A DNA stretch of 64,000 nucleotides from Myxococcota bacterium. GTDB lineage: Bacteria > Myxococcota > Kuafuiibacteriia > Kuafuiibacteriales > Kuafuiibacteriaceae. Both the position numbers and the translations under genes were made by a program. This document shows, piece by piece, positions 45,104-53,735 of this stretch; position 1 is the stretch's first letter, and the number at the start of each line of letters is the position of its first letter. The stretch is taken from assembly GCA_039819565.1 (NCBI GenBank), contig JBCBRU010000001.1:4098-68097 (forward strand). The letters run 5' to 3'. The notes under the pieces are model-generated. The model was not told where the DNA came from and made no database searches. It worked only from the letters and a program-made list of their open reading frames with translations.

Positions 45104-45673
45104 TCACATAGCCTCGAGATCCTCGCGCACCTGGGCGGGGTGAGTCTTGGTGGCTACTTTGGGGTAGATCTTGGCGATCTTTCCGTCCTCGTCGATGATC
45201 ACGGTGGTCCGCAGTATCCCGATGCTGGTGCGGCCCATGAATTTCTTTTCCCCCCAGCTCCCGTACGCGGCGATCGTCTCCGCCGACGGATCCGAGAGAA
45301 GGCGAAACGGAAGCCCGTGCTTGTCACGAAATCCCGCGTGAGTTCGCACCGAGTCTCGGCTTACGCCCAAGACCACGGCTCCGAGATCGCTCAACTCGTC
45401 GTGGAGATCTCGAAACCCCTGAGCTTCGACGGTGCAGCCGGGGGTGTTGTCCTTCGGATAGAAGTAGAGCACGACTTTCTTTCCCCTCAAGTCCGATAGG
45501 TCCACCTCGCTGCCGTCGTCCGCCGGGAGGGTAAAGGCGGGAGCCAGCGACCCCACGGCCGGGGCCGGACGAGGCTCGACCTCTGGGGCCGCCTTCGCCG
45601 GCGCCTTCTTCTTCGCCGGGGCCTTCTTCTTGGCGGCCGCCTTCTGGGTAGGAGCCTTCTTCTTGGTCGCCAT
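45104..45673 (-). CDS. bcp: thiol peroxidase Bcp (peroxiredoxin) with Lys/Ala/Pro-rich N-terminal tail
   Basis: ATG 45673 gives MATKKKAPTQKAAAKKKAPAKKKAPAKAAP... The core has VVLYFYPKDNTPGCTVEAQGFRD (peroxidatic Cys in PxxxTxxC) and GVSRDSVRTHAGF. Confidence 0.88.
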   Translation of the reverse strand: MATKKKAPTQKAAAKKKAPAKKKAPAKAAPEVEPRPAPAVGSLAPAFTLPADDGSEVDLSDLRGKKVVLYFYPKDNTPGCTVEAQGFRDLHDELSDLGAVVLGVSRDSVRTHAGFRDKHGLPFRLLSDPSAETIAAYGSWGEKKFMGRTSIGILRTTVIIDEDGKIAKIYPKVATKTHPAQVREDLEAM

Positions 45674-45734
45674 CCTGCATCGATTCGTCGGCAACGGGAC
45701 GGAGATCAAGAAAAGCCCCGCGCCAAGGCCCAAA

Positions 45735-48308
45735 TCAAAAGGAGAGGAAGCTCTGAGAAAAGGCGAGCCAAACCTCGGGCGCCCCCAGCTCGAACCTCTG
45801 GCTCTCTACCGAGACGAGAGGAAAGGCCACGTCGATGGCCAGGACTCCCGGTCGAAGCCCGAGGTAGTCGAGATACGCTCGAAAGCCATAGCCCACGGTG
45901 GCTCGGAACCCTCCTCCGAGCCCTTCCAGTTCGTCCGCGATCAGCCCGCCTTCGGCGAAGAGCGCCCCGTCCACGCGATCCGCCCATACCAGTCGGAGTC
46001 CGTCGACCTCAGCGTCCCGAAGCAAGGGATGGACCCACTCGCCGGCCAGCAAGGTCCGCAGCCGACCTTGCTCCTCGCCCACCCGGTATCCGCGCAGTCC
46101 GAATCGGCCGCCCACATCGAAAGCGAGCTGAGGACGGGGTCGTCCGAGCACCCAAGCGTCGACGCGGGCCCTCACCGAGAACGTGTGAGCATGTCCAACT
46201 CGGACACTCCTGAGCACCGCTCCGCGAATCGCGAGGGCATCATCGGTGTCGACGCTGCGGCCCCGACCATCGCGGGCAAGAATCCGAGCGTAGGTGAGCC
46301 GAGCTCGAAGGCCCGTCCCCGCCTCGGGGGCGAAAGAGGTGACGCGGTCGTCGTAGCCGAAGCGAAGGGAGGTCCGGGCCGCCCAGGCCCCGGTCGCGCC
46401 CTCGACGAAGCCCTCCCGGAGGCGCTCACCGGTCAGGACCCAGGCCAAGGAGCTCGATCGGCGGTTCGGGGTTACCGGTCTCCCAAAAGCGCGGCGCACC
46501 TGACCGGTGACCGCGAAAGCGTCGGGCGCGAAGTTGCCGGCGAGGCCAAAGGCCCACGTCGGATCGAACTGCCGAGCGAAGGAGAGGCTGAGCCCAGTGT
46601 CCAAAGTCCCACCGGTGGCTCCGACGAGGATGTTGAAGGAGTTGAGGAGGACCCGCCACCCGGGGTGGGAGCGGTCATCGAGGCGCGGATTCGGAGACCC
46701 GAGGGCTGGCGTCTGCACCAACCGCCCGTCTGGGTCGAGAGTGACCGAAGACAAGGGCGCGGAGAGCGTGGCCGTAATCACGCGCAGGGCCGAGGACGTC
46801 GCGGGAGCTCGCACCACCCTCTTGCGCCCCTCGGCGTCCTCGAGACGGACCATGACGGGTTCGGCGACCTCAGCTCCGCGTCTCTCGATCTCGACGCGGG
46901 CCCGATGGTGCACGCCCATGTTCTCGCTGCCCCATGTTCCGAGCCGGTAGGCAACTTCGGGATAAGGACCCAACCACGTCCGAAGGAACGCGGAGGCCCC
47001 GGGCCCCGGCGAACCGCGGAGGCTCGCGGCGAGGGTCGGAGCGAGCGGCGCCCCCGCCCGCAGCTCTTCCGCGACCTCGAAAGCTCTCGCGGTGCCCACC
47101 CGGTCGACGAGCTTCTCGTACAGGATCTTTCCCCGCGGCCATCCGGAGGGAAAGCGGGTCAGTGAGGCCCGGAGCGGATCCTCTTCCTGAAGAACCCGAA
47201 AGTAGGCCTCTCGAAACGGAATCTGGGGCGCATAGAGGAGCGAGTCGACCGCGGGCACAAAAGAGAACGGGCCGAGAAGCTCAGAAGCTTCGGGCGATCC
47301 GGCCTGGGCCTCGAGCCATCTATCCACGCGCGCCGCGGCCACGAAGTCTGCGATCAAAGGGGCGCTTCGGCGGAGCCCGCTCGCGAAGAACAGCGCTCGC
47401 AGGAGAGCCTGCCGCTCAAATCGATCGAGATCTTCCAGAGGCCACCCTCGAAACGCATGGTCACTCACCAGCACGACCCCCGCCCCGAGGCCGCGCGCCA
47501 GCTCGCGGCGCAAAGGTGCTTCTACGATCAGCAAAGGCCCCTCGAGCTCGACGGAGGCTATAGTCTTCAGCACGGCCCTTCGGCGGCGCAGTTCGGCGGG
47601 GTCCGAGCTTCGCCCCCGGGGAGAGATGAAAGCTCCCCTTCGAACCGGGAGCGCCGCCGACTCGGGCGGCAGTACGAGCAACGGCGGTATCCCTCCGACG
47701 GTCTGCACATGCACCCACCGAGGTCCGCTCCCCGGGAGCCACGGAACCCAAGTGGAAGCGACGACGGCTGAGGCTCCCGCGGGGAGCTGCACCTTGAGAT
47801 CGACCCGCCCTCGGGGAGGGCTCCGCCCCTTGGCGGCCCCGACCTGAGGATACCAACGGCCTCCCAAGGTGAGCTGGCGCCCTATCACCCCGAAGGGGCC
47901 GTAGCGCCTCGGCACGTCCAGCCTCGCTCGCACTGCGATCGCGCATGGCCGGCCCGGGCTGCGGACCCACAGGAGGCTGGAGCCGTCCTCGAGACGTTCG
48001 CGACGAAAGCTCACCGGTTCTCCGTCCAGCTCCACCCGCACGTCGGAGAACCCGCCACCCTCGAAGCCCCACCGATACATGAGCGGCTCATCGGCGGGAG
48101 GAAGTGACGCCGGGGGGGCGCGGAATCGGTCCGCTCCGAGCGCCACGGGGATCTCGGGGGCGGTGCTCGTCCAGGCGACCTCGACAGCCAAGGAAACGCT
48201 CCGAAGGTCGGAGGCCACCCGAGCCTCCACGGTGCTCACGAGAGCGGCCTGCGAGACCTCAGCCGAGTCGGGAGAAGAGCCGATCGCACCCTGCGCGAGG
48301 GCCACGGC
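45735..48308 (-). CDS. large outer-membrane protein with C-terminal Omp85/bacterial-surface-antigen-like beta-barrel; start codon unresolved
   Basis: C-terminal ~330 aa show a beta-barrel pattern (GGRFGLRGYRVGE..., GYGFRAYLDYLGLRPGVLAIDVAFPL..., ending FSQSFLSF). The first ~130 aa of the listed ORF are R/G junk overlapping the EcsC-like gene. The first in-frame GTG after the EcsC stop is near 48308, and the hydrophobic LSGAVLVAVALAQG segment straddles it. Confidence 0.55.
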   Translation of the reverse strand, partial: AVALAQGAIGSSPDSAEVSQAALVSTVEARVASDLRSVSLAVEVAWTSTAPEIPVALGADRFRAPPASLPPADEPLMYRWGFEGGGFSDVRVELDGEPVSFRRERLEDGSSLLWVRSPGRPCAIAVRARLDVPRRYGPFGVIGRQLTLGGRWYPQVGAAKGRSPPRGRVDLKVQLPAGASAVVASTWVPWLPGSGPRWVHVQTVGGIPPLLVLPPESAALPVRRGAFISPRGRSSDPAELRRRRAVLKTIASVELEGPLLIVEAPLRRELARGLGAGVVLVSDHAFRGWPLEDLDRFERQALLRALFFASGLRRSAPLIADFVAAARVDRWLEAQAGSPEASELLGPFSFVPAVDSLLYAPQIPFREAYFRVLQEEDPLRASLTRFPSGWPRGKILYEKLVDRVGTARAFEVAEELRAGAPLAPTLAASLRGSPGPGASAFLRTWLGPYPEVAYRLGTWGSENMGVHHRARVEIERRGAEVAEPVMVRLEDAEGRKRVVRAPATSSALRVITATLSAPLSSVTLDPDGRLVQTPALGSPNPRLDDRSHPGWRVLLNSFNILVGATGGTLDTGLSLSFARQFDPTWAFGLAGNFAPDAFAVTGQVRRAFGRPVTPNRRSSSLAWVLTGERLREGFVEGATGAWAARTSLRFGYDDRVTSFAPEAGTGLRARLTYARILARDGRGRSVDTDDALAIRGAVLRSVRVGHAHTFSVRARVDAWVLGRPRPQLAFDVGGRFGLRGYRVGEEQGRLRTLLAGEWVHPLLRDAEVDGLRLVWADRVDGALFAEGGLIADELEGLGGGFRATVGYGFRAYLDYLGLRPGVLAIDVAFPLVSVESQRFELGAPEVWLAFSQSFLSF

Positions 48309-48325
48309 CACCAGGACGGCCCCGC

Positions 48326-49033
48326 TCAGGGAAGCATCACCACGTTGCCAAAGCGTCGCATCGCCGCCTCGCCCACCCGCCGCATCTCGCGCTCGTTGAG
48401 CTTGGCGGAGACCGGCGCGGCAAGCAGTGGCACCAGTCGTCCGAAGGCCCCGAGGCCGTGCCGCACCGCCAGCGCGCGGGCCAGAGCCCCGAGCACCCGG
48501 GGGCCCGATCGGATGACGTCCTCCACCCCGTGCACGCGACCGATGACGTCCACGAGCGCTTCTTCGCCGCTTCGACCGCGTAGCTCGATGCCGTAGGCTT
48601 CGGCGATCGAGACCGTAACCGCGAGCTGGCAGTAGGCGAACAGCAGGAGGTTCAAGGGGACGCCCATGAAGCCGAGGACTCCGGTCATGCCGCCCTCGAC
48701 CTTGGCCACCGTGGTCCACCGGTCGAGCATCACGTTGGCAAGCCGGTCATTGGAGGCTCGAGGCTCAGCGCGACGAATGAAGTCCATATGGAGTCGCGCC
48801 CGCTTCCTCTCCTGTTCGATGAGATCTCTGAGGCGCTGCCGGGCCGAGCCGGCGGGATCCTCGAGAAGAGACCGCAGGGTTCCATCGGAGCTCCGGTGCT
48901 CGGACACCACCTCGTGTTCATACCAGCGGAGCGCCTCGCGGCGCGACTGTGAAGTGCGCCCCGGTCCGCCTCGGCCGCAAGTCCCGCGCCCTCCGCGCGG
49001 GCCGTCTCGAAGACAGGCTCGGAGCTCGGACAC
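48326..49033 (-). CDS. EcsC-family protein (start may be GTG near 48910)
   Basis: RLANVMLDRWTTVAKVEGGMTGVLGFMGVPLNLLLFAYCQLAVTVSIAEAYG resembles the EcsC family core as I recall it. The maximal ORF start at 49033 leaves only 20 nt to the divergent SNF2 gene. Confidence 0.55.
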   Translation of the reverse strand: MSELRACLRDGPRGGRGTCGRGGPGRTSQSRREALRWYEHEVVSEHRSSDGTLRSLLEDPAGSARQRLRDLIEQERKRARLHMDFIRRAEPRASNDRLANVMLDRWTTVAKVEGGMTGVLGFMGVPLNLLLFAYCQLAVTVSIAEAYGIELRGRSGEEALVDVIGRVHGVEDVIRSGPRVLGALARALAVRHGLGAFGRLVPLLAAPVSAKLNEREMRRVGEAAMRRFGNVVMLP

Positions 49034-49053
49034 CCAACTGGTATCTCAAGGCG

Positions 49054-52000
49054 ATGGGCGAACCCGAGCCCCTCCTTCGCCTCGCCGACCGGGTCGCGGA
49101 ACTCCGTCGTCGCCTTCGTGCTGATGTGGACGACGGCCAGGAGTCCGAGGCGAGCGTGGACCGTGTACGTGTGCGCGATGTCACTCCTCCCTCGTTCAGC
49201 GTGGGCTTCGTAGGCCCCGAAGGTCGATGGACCGTCGAGCTCCCCCTGACCCTCGAAGGTCCGCCGCTCCGCCTCGACTGCGACCTTTGCGGTCCCTCCT
49301 GCATACACGGACTGGAAGCGGTCGACCTGCTCCAGACCTGGCTCGAACGCGACCCCGAGGGACGGCGGGAAGAAGTCGAAAGACTGATTGCGGTCCCTCC
49401 GTGGCAGCGATTCATCGAGACATTCGACGAAGCTCTCGAGGCGGCAGAGAAGGTGGCTGCGTCCCGACACGCAGTTCGCTTCTGGTGGGCCGTGGATATC
49501 GAAGCCCTTCGCATCGAACCGTGGGTGGAGCGTCCCACCCGAGCCGCTGGAGCCTTTGCCCGACCTTGCAGAATCGCGCTGGAAGCCGTGGAGAGCGAGA
49601 CGAACTTGGGGCCCGCGGACAGCGCCGCGCTCGCTGCCGCCCGCGTGCTCCGGGCCGAGCGCCGGGCGGCCGAGCGCGAGGGACGAGGACGAGCCACGCT
49701 CTCTACGGCCCTCCTCGCGCTCGTGGACCATCCACGGGTCACGCTGGGTCCCCCTGGAGGCTCACCGTGGACGGTGACCCGGGTCCGTCCCCACATTCGG
49801 CTCCATCGGGGGCCTGACCACGTCGAGCTGGAGGTCCAGGTCGGCGACCGGACGCTCAAACCGCAGGAGCTTCGCGCCGCCGCACGCCACCCTCAGCTTC
49901 ACGTACGCGAATCGAGCCGGCGCCTCGAGCTCGTCGCGGTGGAGGCCCCCGTGGCTCGGCTCCTCGAGAGCTGGACGGGAACGGTCACGGTGCCTGAGTC
50001 CCACATCCCCGACATCATGGCCCGCTTATCGCGAGCTGCGCTTCACCTGACCGTCGATGCGGGTGACGACACGGCGGAGGACCAAGTCGACGCTCAAGAG
50101 GAGCTGGTCGCCCTCCTCTCGCCCTTCTCAGAGGGACTCCACGTCGAGCTCAAGGCGCGACCGCTGCCGTTTGGCCCGTTGCTTCCCCCGGGCCACGGCC
50201 ATGAGGAGGTCCTTGCAGCCACTCCGGACCGGCGCGTCCTGCGGGGGCGCAGAGACCTCGAGCGAGAGCGGGAGCGCGCCCAGCGCCTCGTTGCGGAGCT
50301 CGGACTCGATGCCTACGCGGACTCCATCTCTTGGCACTACGCGGTCACCCCGCTGGAGTCCGCGTTCGACCGACTCGAAGCCCTCGAGGCGGCCCCTATC
50401 GAGTGCCAGTGGCGGGAGGGTGCTCGCTGGCATCCCCCCGTGGAAGCGGGACTCGACGGTCTTCGGCTCTCGGTGCGGAGCGAAGACGATCTTCTCGGCC
50501 TCGACGGCAGCATTGAGCTCGACGATCGGAGGATTCATCTCGCCGTCATGCTGGAAGCGGCGCGTCGAGATCGCGGCTTGGTCCCCTTGGGGGACGGGCT
50601 CTTTTTGAAGATGCAGGAAGCCCTGCGCTCCCGCTTGGCCGCGATCGCGCGCTTCACTCGGCGACAAAAGGAGGGGACGAAGGTCGCGCTCGCCGGGCTC
50701 GAGGCGGTCGAGGAGCTTGCCGACGCGGTCGGCGCGGACCTGCAACCCAGTTTTCGTGAGCTGGTCCGGAAGGTGGATGAAGCGTCGCGCCTCGAGCCCA
50801 TGGTCCCATCAGCCCTCAAGGGAACGCTGAGGAGCTATCAGATCGACGGATTTCGGTGGATGACCCGACTGGCCGCGTGGGGAGCCGGGGCCGTCCTCGC
50901 CGACGACATGGGTCTCGGAAAGACCATTCAGGCCATCGCCATCCTGCTCGATCGATCCGCCGAGGGGCCTCAGCTCGTGGTGGCCCCAACCTCCGTGGGC
51001 TTCAATTGGCGGAGGGAGCTGGAGCGCTTCGCGCCCTCCCTGGCGGTGGTGGACTACACCGGCCCCGGTCGCTCGGCCGAAGAAGCGGGCCCGGAGGAGG
51101 TTTGGGTGACGACCTATGGCGTCCTTCTCCGAGACGCTGAGGCCCTCGCCGCACACAGCTTCGAGACGGTCGTCTTCGACGAAGCCCAAGCCTTGAAGAA
51201 CCCTCGCACCGCCCGCACCCGGGCCGCGCGGCGCTTGCGGGCGAAGTGGCGGGTGGCGCTCACCGGGACCCCCATGGAGAATCACCCGGCCGACCTCTGG
51301 TCCCTCTTCTCGGTCGTCTTTCCGAGCTTGCTGGGCAGCTGGGAGCGCTTCCGAGAAGCTTTCCTTCCCGCCAGCGAAGCGGTCCTCGACGCCTCCATGC
51401 GGGCCGAGCCCGCCACCACTTCGGGCACCGAGCGGGAGGTGCCCGTCCTTCCGAGCCACGCCCTCCGTCGCGCCGTCGCCCCCTACATTCTTCGCCGCAC
51501 CAAAGCCGAGGTGGCCCCGGAGCTTCCGCCGCGCACCGAAATCACGGTCGATGTCACGCTCTCGTCTCGCGAGAGAGCCCTCTATGAGGACGCGCGCCTC
51601 GCGGCCGTTGCCGAGATCCAGCGCCACCCGGCGACGATGGCCACGAACCTTCATGTGCGCATGTTCACGGCTTTGACGCGTCTGAGGCAGCTCGCTTGCC
51701 ACCCCCGCCTCGTCGACCCGAAGAGCCGCGTCCCCAGCGCCAAGCTCGAGCGCTTCCTTCAGATCATCGAAGACCTCCTCGCGGAAGGTCGGCGGGCCCT
51801 GGTGTTCAGCCAGTTCGTTCAACATCTCGAGATCGTGCGAGAGGCCCTAAAGGCCAGGGGAGTGGCTACGCTGTGGCTGGACGGCGCGAGCTCGGCCAAA
51901 GCACGGGCTAGGGCGGTCGATGCCTTTCAGGACGGCTCCGTGCCGATCTTTCTGGTGTCCCTCAAGGCGGGCGGCACCGGCCTGAATCTGACCGCCGCGG

Positions 52001-52263
52001 ACACCGTGATCCACCTCGACCCCTGGTGGAACCCCGCCGTGGAAGACCAAGCCACGGATCGCACCCACCGGATCGGCCAGACCAGGCCGGTAACGGTCCT
52101 TCGATTGGTCACTCGGGACACCGTCGAACCCGCCATCCTCCGCATGAACGCGCGCAAACGCCGCGCCGTCGCCGAGTTGATGCAGGGCGCGGACGCGGTC
52201 GGCCGTTTGGATGCCCAGGCGCTCGCCGACCTGATCCGAGGCGCAGGGCAGCTCGAACCGTAG
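49054..52263 (+). CDS. SNF2-family helicase/translocase with N-terminal SWIM-like zinc finger
   Basis: ATG 49054 (MGEPEPLLRL...). CDLCGPSCIHGLEAV (SWIM-like CxxC...CxH). Helicase motifs LADDMGLGKTIQAIA, VVFDEAQALKN, LTGTPMENH, SLKAGGTGLNLTAADTVIHLDPWWNPAVEDQATDRTHRIGQTRPV. Confidence 0.9.
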   Translation: MGEPEPLLRLADRVAELRRRLRADVDDGQESEASVDRVRVRDVTPPSFSVGFVGPEGRWTVELPLTLEGPPLRLDCDLCGPSCIHGLEAVDLLQTWLERDPEGRREEVERLIAVPPWQRFIETFDEALEAAEKVAASRHAVRFWWAVDIEALRIEPWVERPTRAAGAFARPCRIALEAVESETNLGPADSAALAAARVLRAERRAAEREGRGRATLSTALLALVDHPRVTLGPPGGSPWTVTRVRPHIRLHRGPDHVELEVQVGDRTLKPQELRAAARHPQLHVRESSRRLELVAVEAPVARLLESWTGTVTVPESHIPDIMARLSRAALHLTVDAGDDTAEDQVDAQEELVALLSPFSEGLHVELKARPLPFGPLLPPGHGHEEVLAATPDRRVLRGRRDLERERERAQRLVAELGLDAYADSISWHYAVTPLESAFDRLEALEAAPIECQWREGARWHPPVEAGLDGLRLSVRSEDDLLGLDGSIELDDRRIHLAVMLEAARRDRGLVPLGDGLFLKMQEALRSRLAAIARFTRRQKEGTKVALAGLEAVEELADAVGADLQPSFRELVRKVDEASRLEPMVPSALKGTLRSYQIDGFRWMTRLAAWGAGAVLADDMGLGKTIQAIAILLDRSAEGPQLVVAPTSVGFNWRRELERFAPSLAVVDYTGPGRSAEEAGPEEVWVTTYGVLLRDAEALAAHSFETVVFDEAQALKNPRTARTRAARRLRAKWRVALTGTPMENHPADLWSLFSVVFPSLLGSWERFREAFLPASEAVLDASMRAEPATTSGTEREVPVLPSHALRRAVAPYILRRTKAEVAPELPPRTEITVDVTLSSRERALYEDARLAAVAEIQRHPATMATNLHVRMFTALTRLRQLACHPRLVDPKSRVPSAKLERFLQIIEDLLAEGRRALVFSQFVQHLEIVREALKARGVATLWLDGASSAKARARAVDAFQDGSVPIFLVSLKAGGTGLNLTAADTVIHLDPWWNPAVEDQATDRTHRIGQTRPVTVLRLVTRDTVEPAILRMNARKRRAVAELMQGADAVGRLDAQALADLIRGAGQLEP

Positions 52264-52313
52264 TCGCGACGAGTGCTCGACCTGCGCTTCGCGGGGCCGC
52301 TAGCTTCCGGGCC

Positions 52314-53735
52314 GTGACCCAACTTCATCGCGCATCGCGCGCGCTGGCTGCCGCGGGCCTCGTGGCCTGGGCCGCGGGATGCATCACGAACCGCTCTCCG
52401 GTCGCGGAACCCGCCGGAGCCGCACCTCGCCCGGCCCCCATCTCCGTCGCCCATGAGCTCTATCAGCTCGAGAATGGCCTGACCGTCATCCTGCATCCGG
52501 ACCGCCGCCTCCCCATCGTCGCCGTCAGCGTCTGGTACGACGTAGGCGCGCTTCACGAGCGAAAGGGGCGCGCTGGATTCGCCCACCTCTTCGAGCACAT
52601 GATGTTCCAGGGGAGCCCCAACGTGGGGGAGGACCGGCACTTCGCGGTGCTCGAGGCTCTCGGAGCGAGTCAGGTCAACGGCACCACGAGTTTCGACCGC
52701 ACCAACTATTTCGAGACGGTACCCTCCAACGCCCTCGAGACCGCCCTCTGGCTGGAGTCGGACCGGATGGGTTTCCTCCTCGAATCGATCACTCCCAAGA
52801 GTCTCGCCAACCAGATCGATGTGGTGAAGAACGAGCGCCGCCAATCCGTGGAGAGCGCCCCTTACGGCCTCATGGATGAGCGTCTGACTCAGACGCTGTA
52901 CCCAAAGCCGCACCCCTACAACGGCAACGTCATCGGTTCGATGGAGGAGATCGGGGCCGCCACCCTGGAGGACGTCCGCGAGTTCTTCCGAACGTACTAT
53001 TCTCCCGCCAACGCCACCCTCACCATAGCCGGGGACATCGACGTCGAACAAACCAAGACTTGGATCCAGCAATACTTTGGCCCCCTCAAAGGCCGCCCCA
53101 AGCCTGAACGCCCCTTCTTCGAAATGGCTACCCTCGCCAAGGAGAAGGTCATCAACTTCGACGAACCTGCGGGGCGGCTACCCAAGCTCAGCGTGGCGTG
53201 GCCGGGGCCGTCCGCCTACTCGGAGGACTCCGCCGCTCTCGATCTTCTCGCCTTCGTGATCTCGGGAACGCGGTCGTCCCGACTCGATGAGAAAGTGAGC
53301 TTTCAGGATCCCCTGGCGCAGAGCGTCACCGCTTACTATCAGGAGTTCTTCGCGGGAGGGCAGTTTCAGATAGATATCGTCGTCCAGCCGGGCCGAACCC
53401 TTCAGGAGGCTCTTTCCGCCGTAGACGAGGTCCTAGCCAGCCTGACGACGCGTCCTCCGACCCAGGCCGAGCTCAATCGTGCCAAGAACGCGCAAGAGAC
53501 GCGGATGCTCTTTGGCCTCGAGAGACTCGGTGGCTTCGGCGGCCGCGCTGAGCAACTCCAGACCTATTACTATCACTTCGGCGACCCGGACCGATTCGAA
53601 TGGGATATCAGTCGCTACCGACGGGTGACCGTCGACGATCTGGTGCGCGTCGCCAAAGCCTATCTCACCCCCCGGCGCATCGTGCTCAAGGCAAAGCCCG
53701 CATCCGCTCCCGCCGTATCCGAGGTCTCCCGATGA
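52314..53735 (+). CDS. M16-family zinc peptidase (pitrilysin-like), active-site subunit, lipoprotein
   Basis: GTG 52314 gives VTQLHRASRALAAAGLVAWAAGC (lipobox). Inverted zinc motif HxxEH in GFAHLFEHMMFQGS, and NGTTSFDRTNYF. Confidence 0.88.
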   Translation: MTQLHRASRALAAAGLVAWAAGCITNRSPVAEPAGAAPRPAPISVAHELYQLENGLTVILHPDRRLPIVAVSVWYDVGALHERKGRAGFAHLFEHMMFQGSPNVGEDRHFAVLEALGASQVNGTTSFDRTNYFETVPSNALETALWLESDRMGFLLESITPKSLANQIDVVKNERRQSVESAPYGLMDERLTQTLYPKPHPYNGNVIGSMEEIGAATLEDVREFFRTYYSPANATLTIAGDIDVEQTKTWIQQYFGPLKGRPKPERPFFEMATLAKEKVINFDEPAGRLPKLSVAWPGPSAYSEDSAALDLLAFVISGTRSSRLDEKVSFQDPLAQSVTAYYQEFFAGGQFQIDIVVQPGRTLQEALSAVDEVLASLTTRPPTQAELNRAKNAQETRMLFGLERLGGFGGRAEQLQTYYYHFGDPDRFEWDISRYRRVTVDDLVRVAKAYLTPRRIVLKAKPASAPAVSEVSR

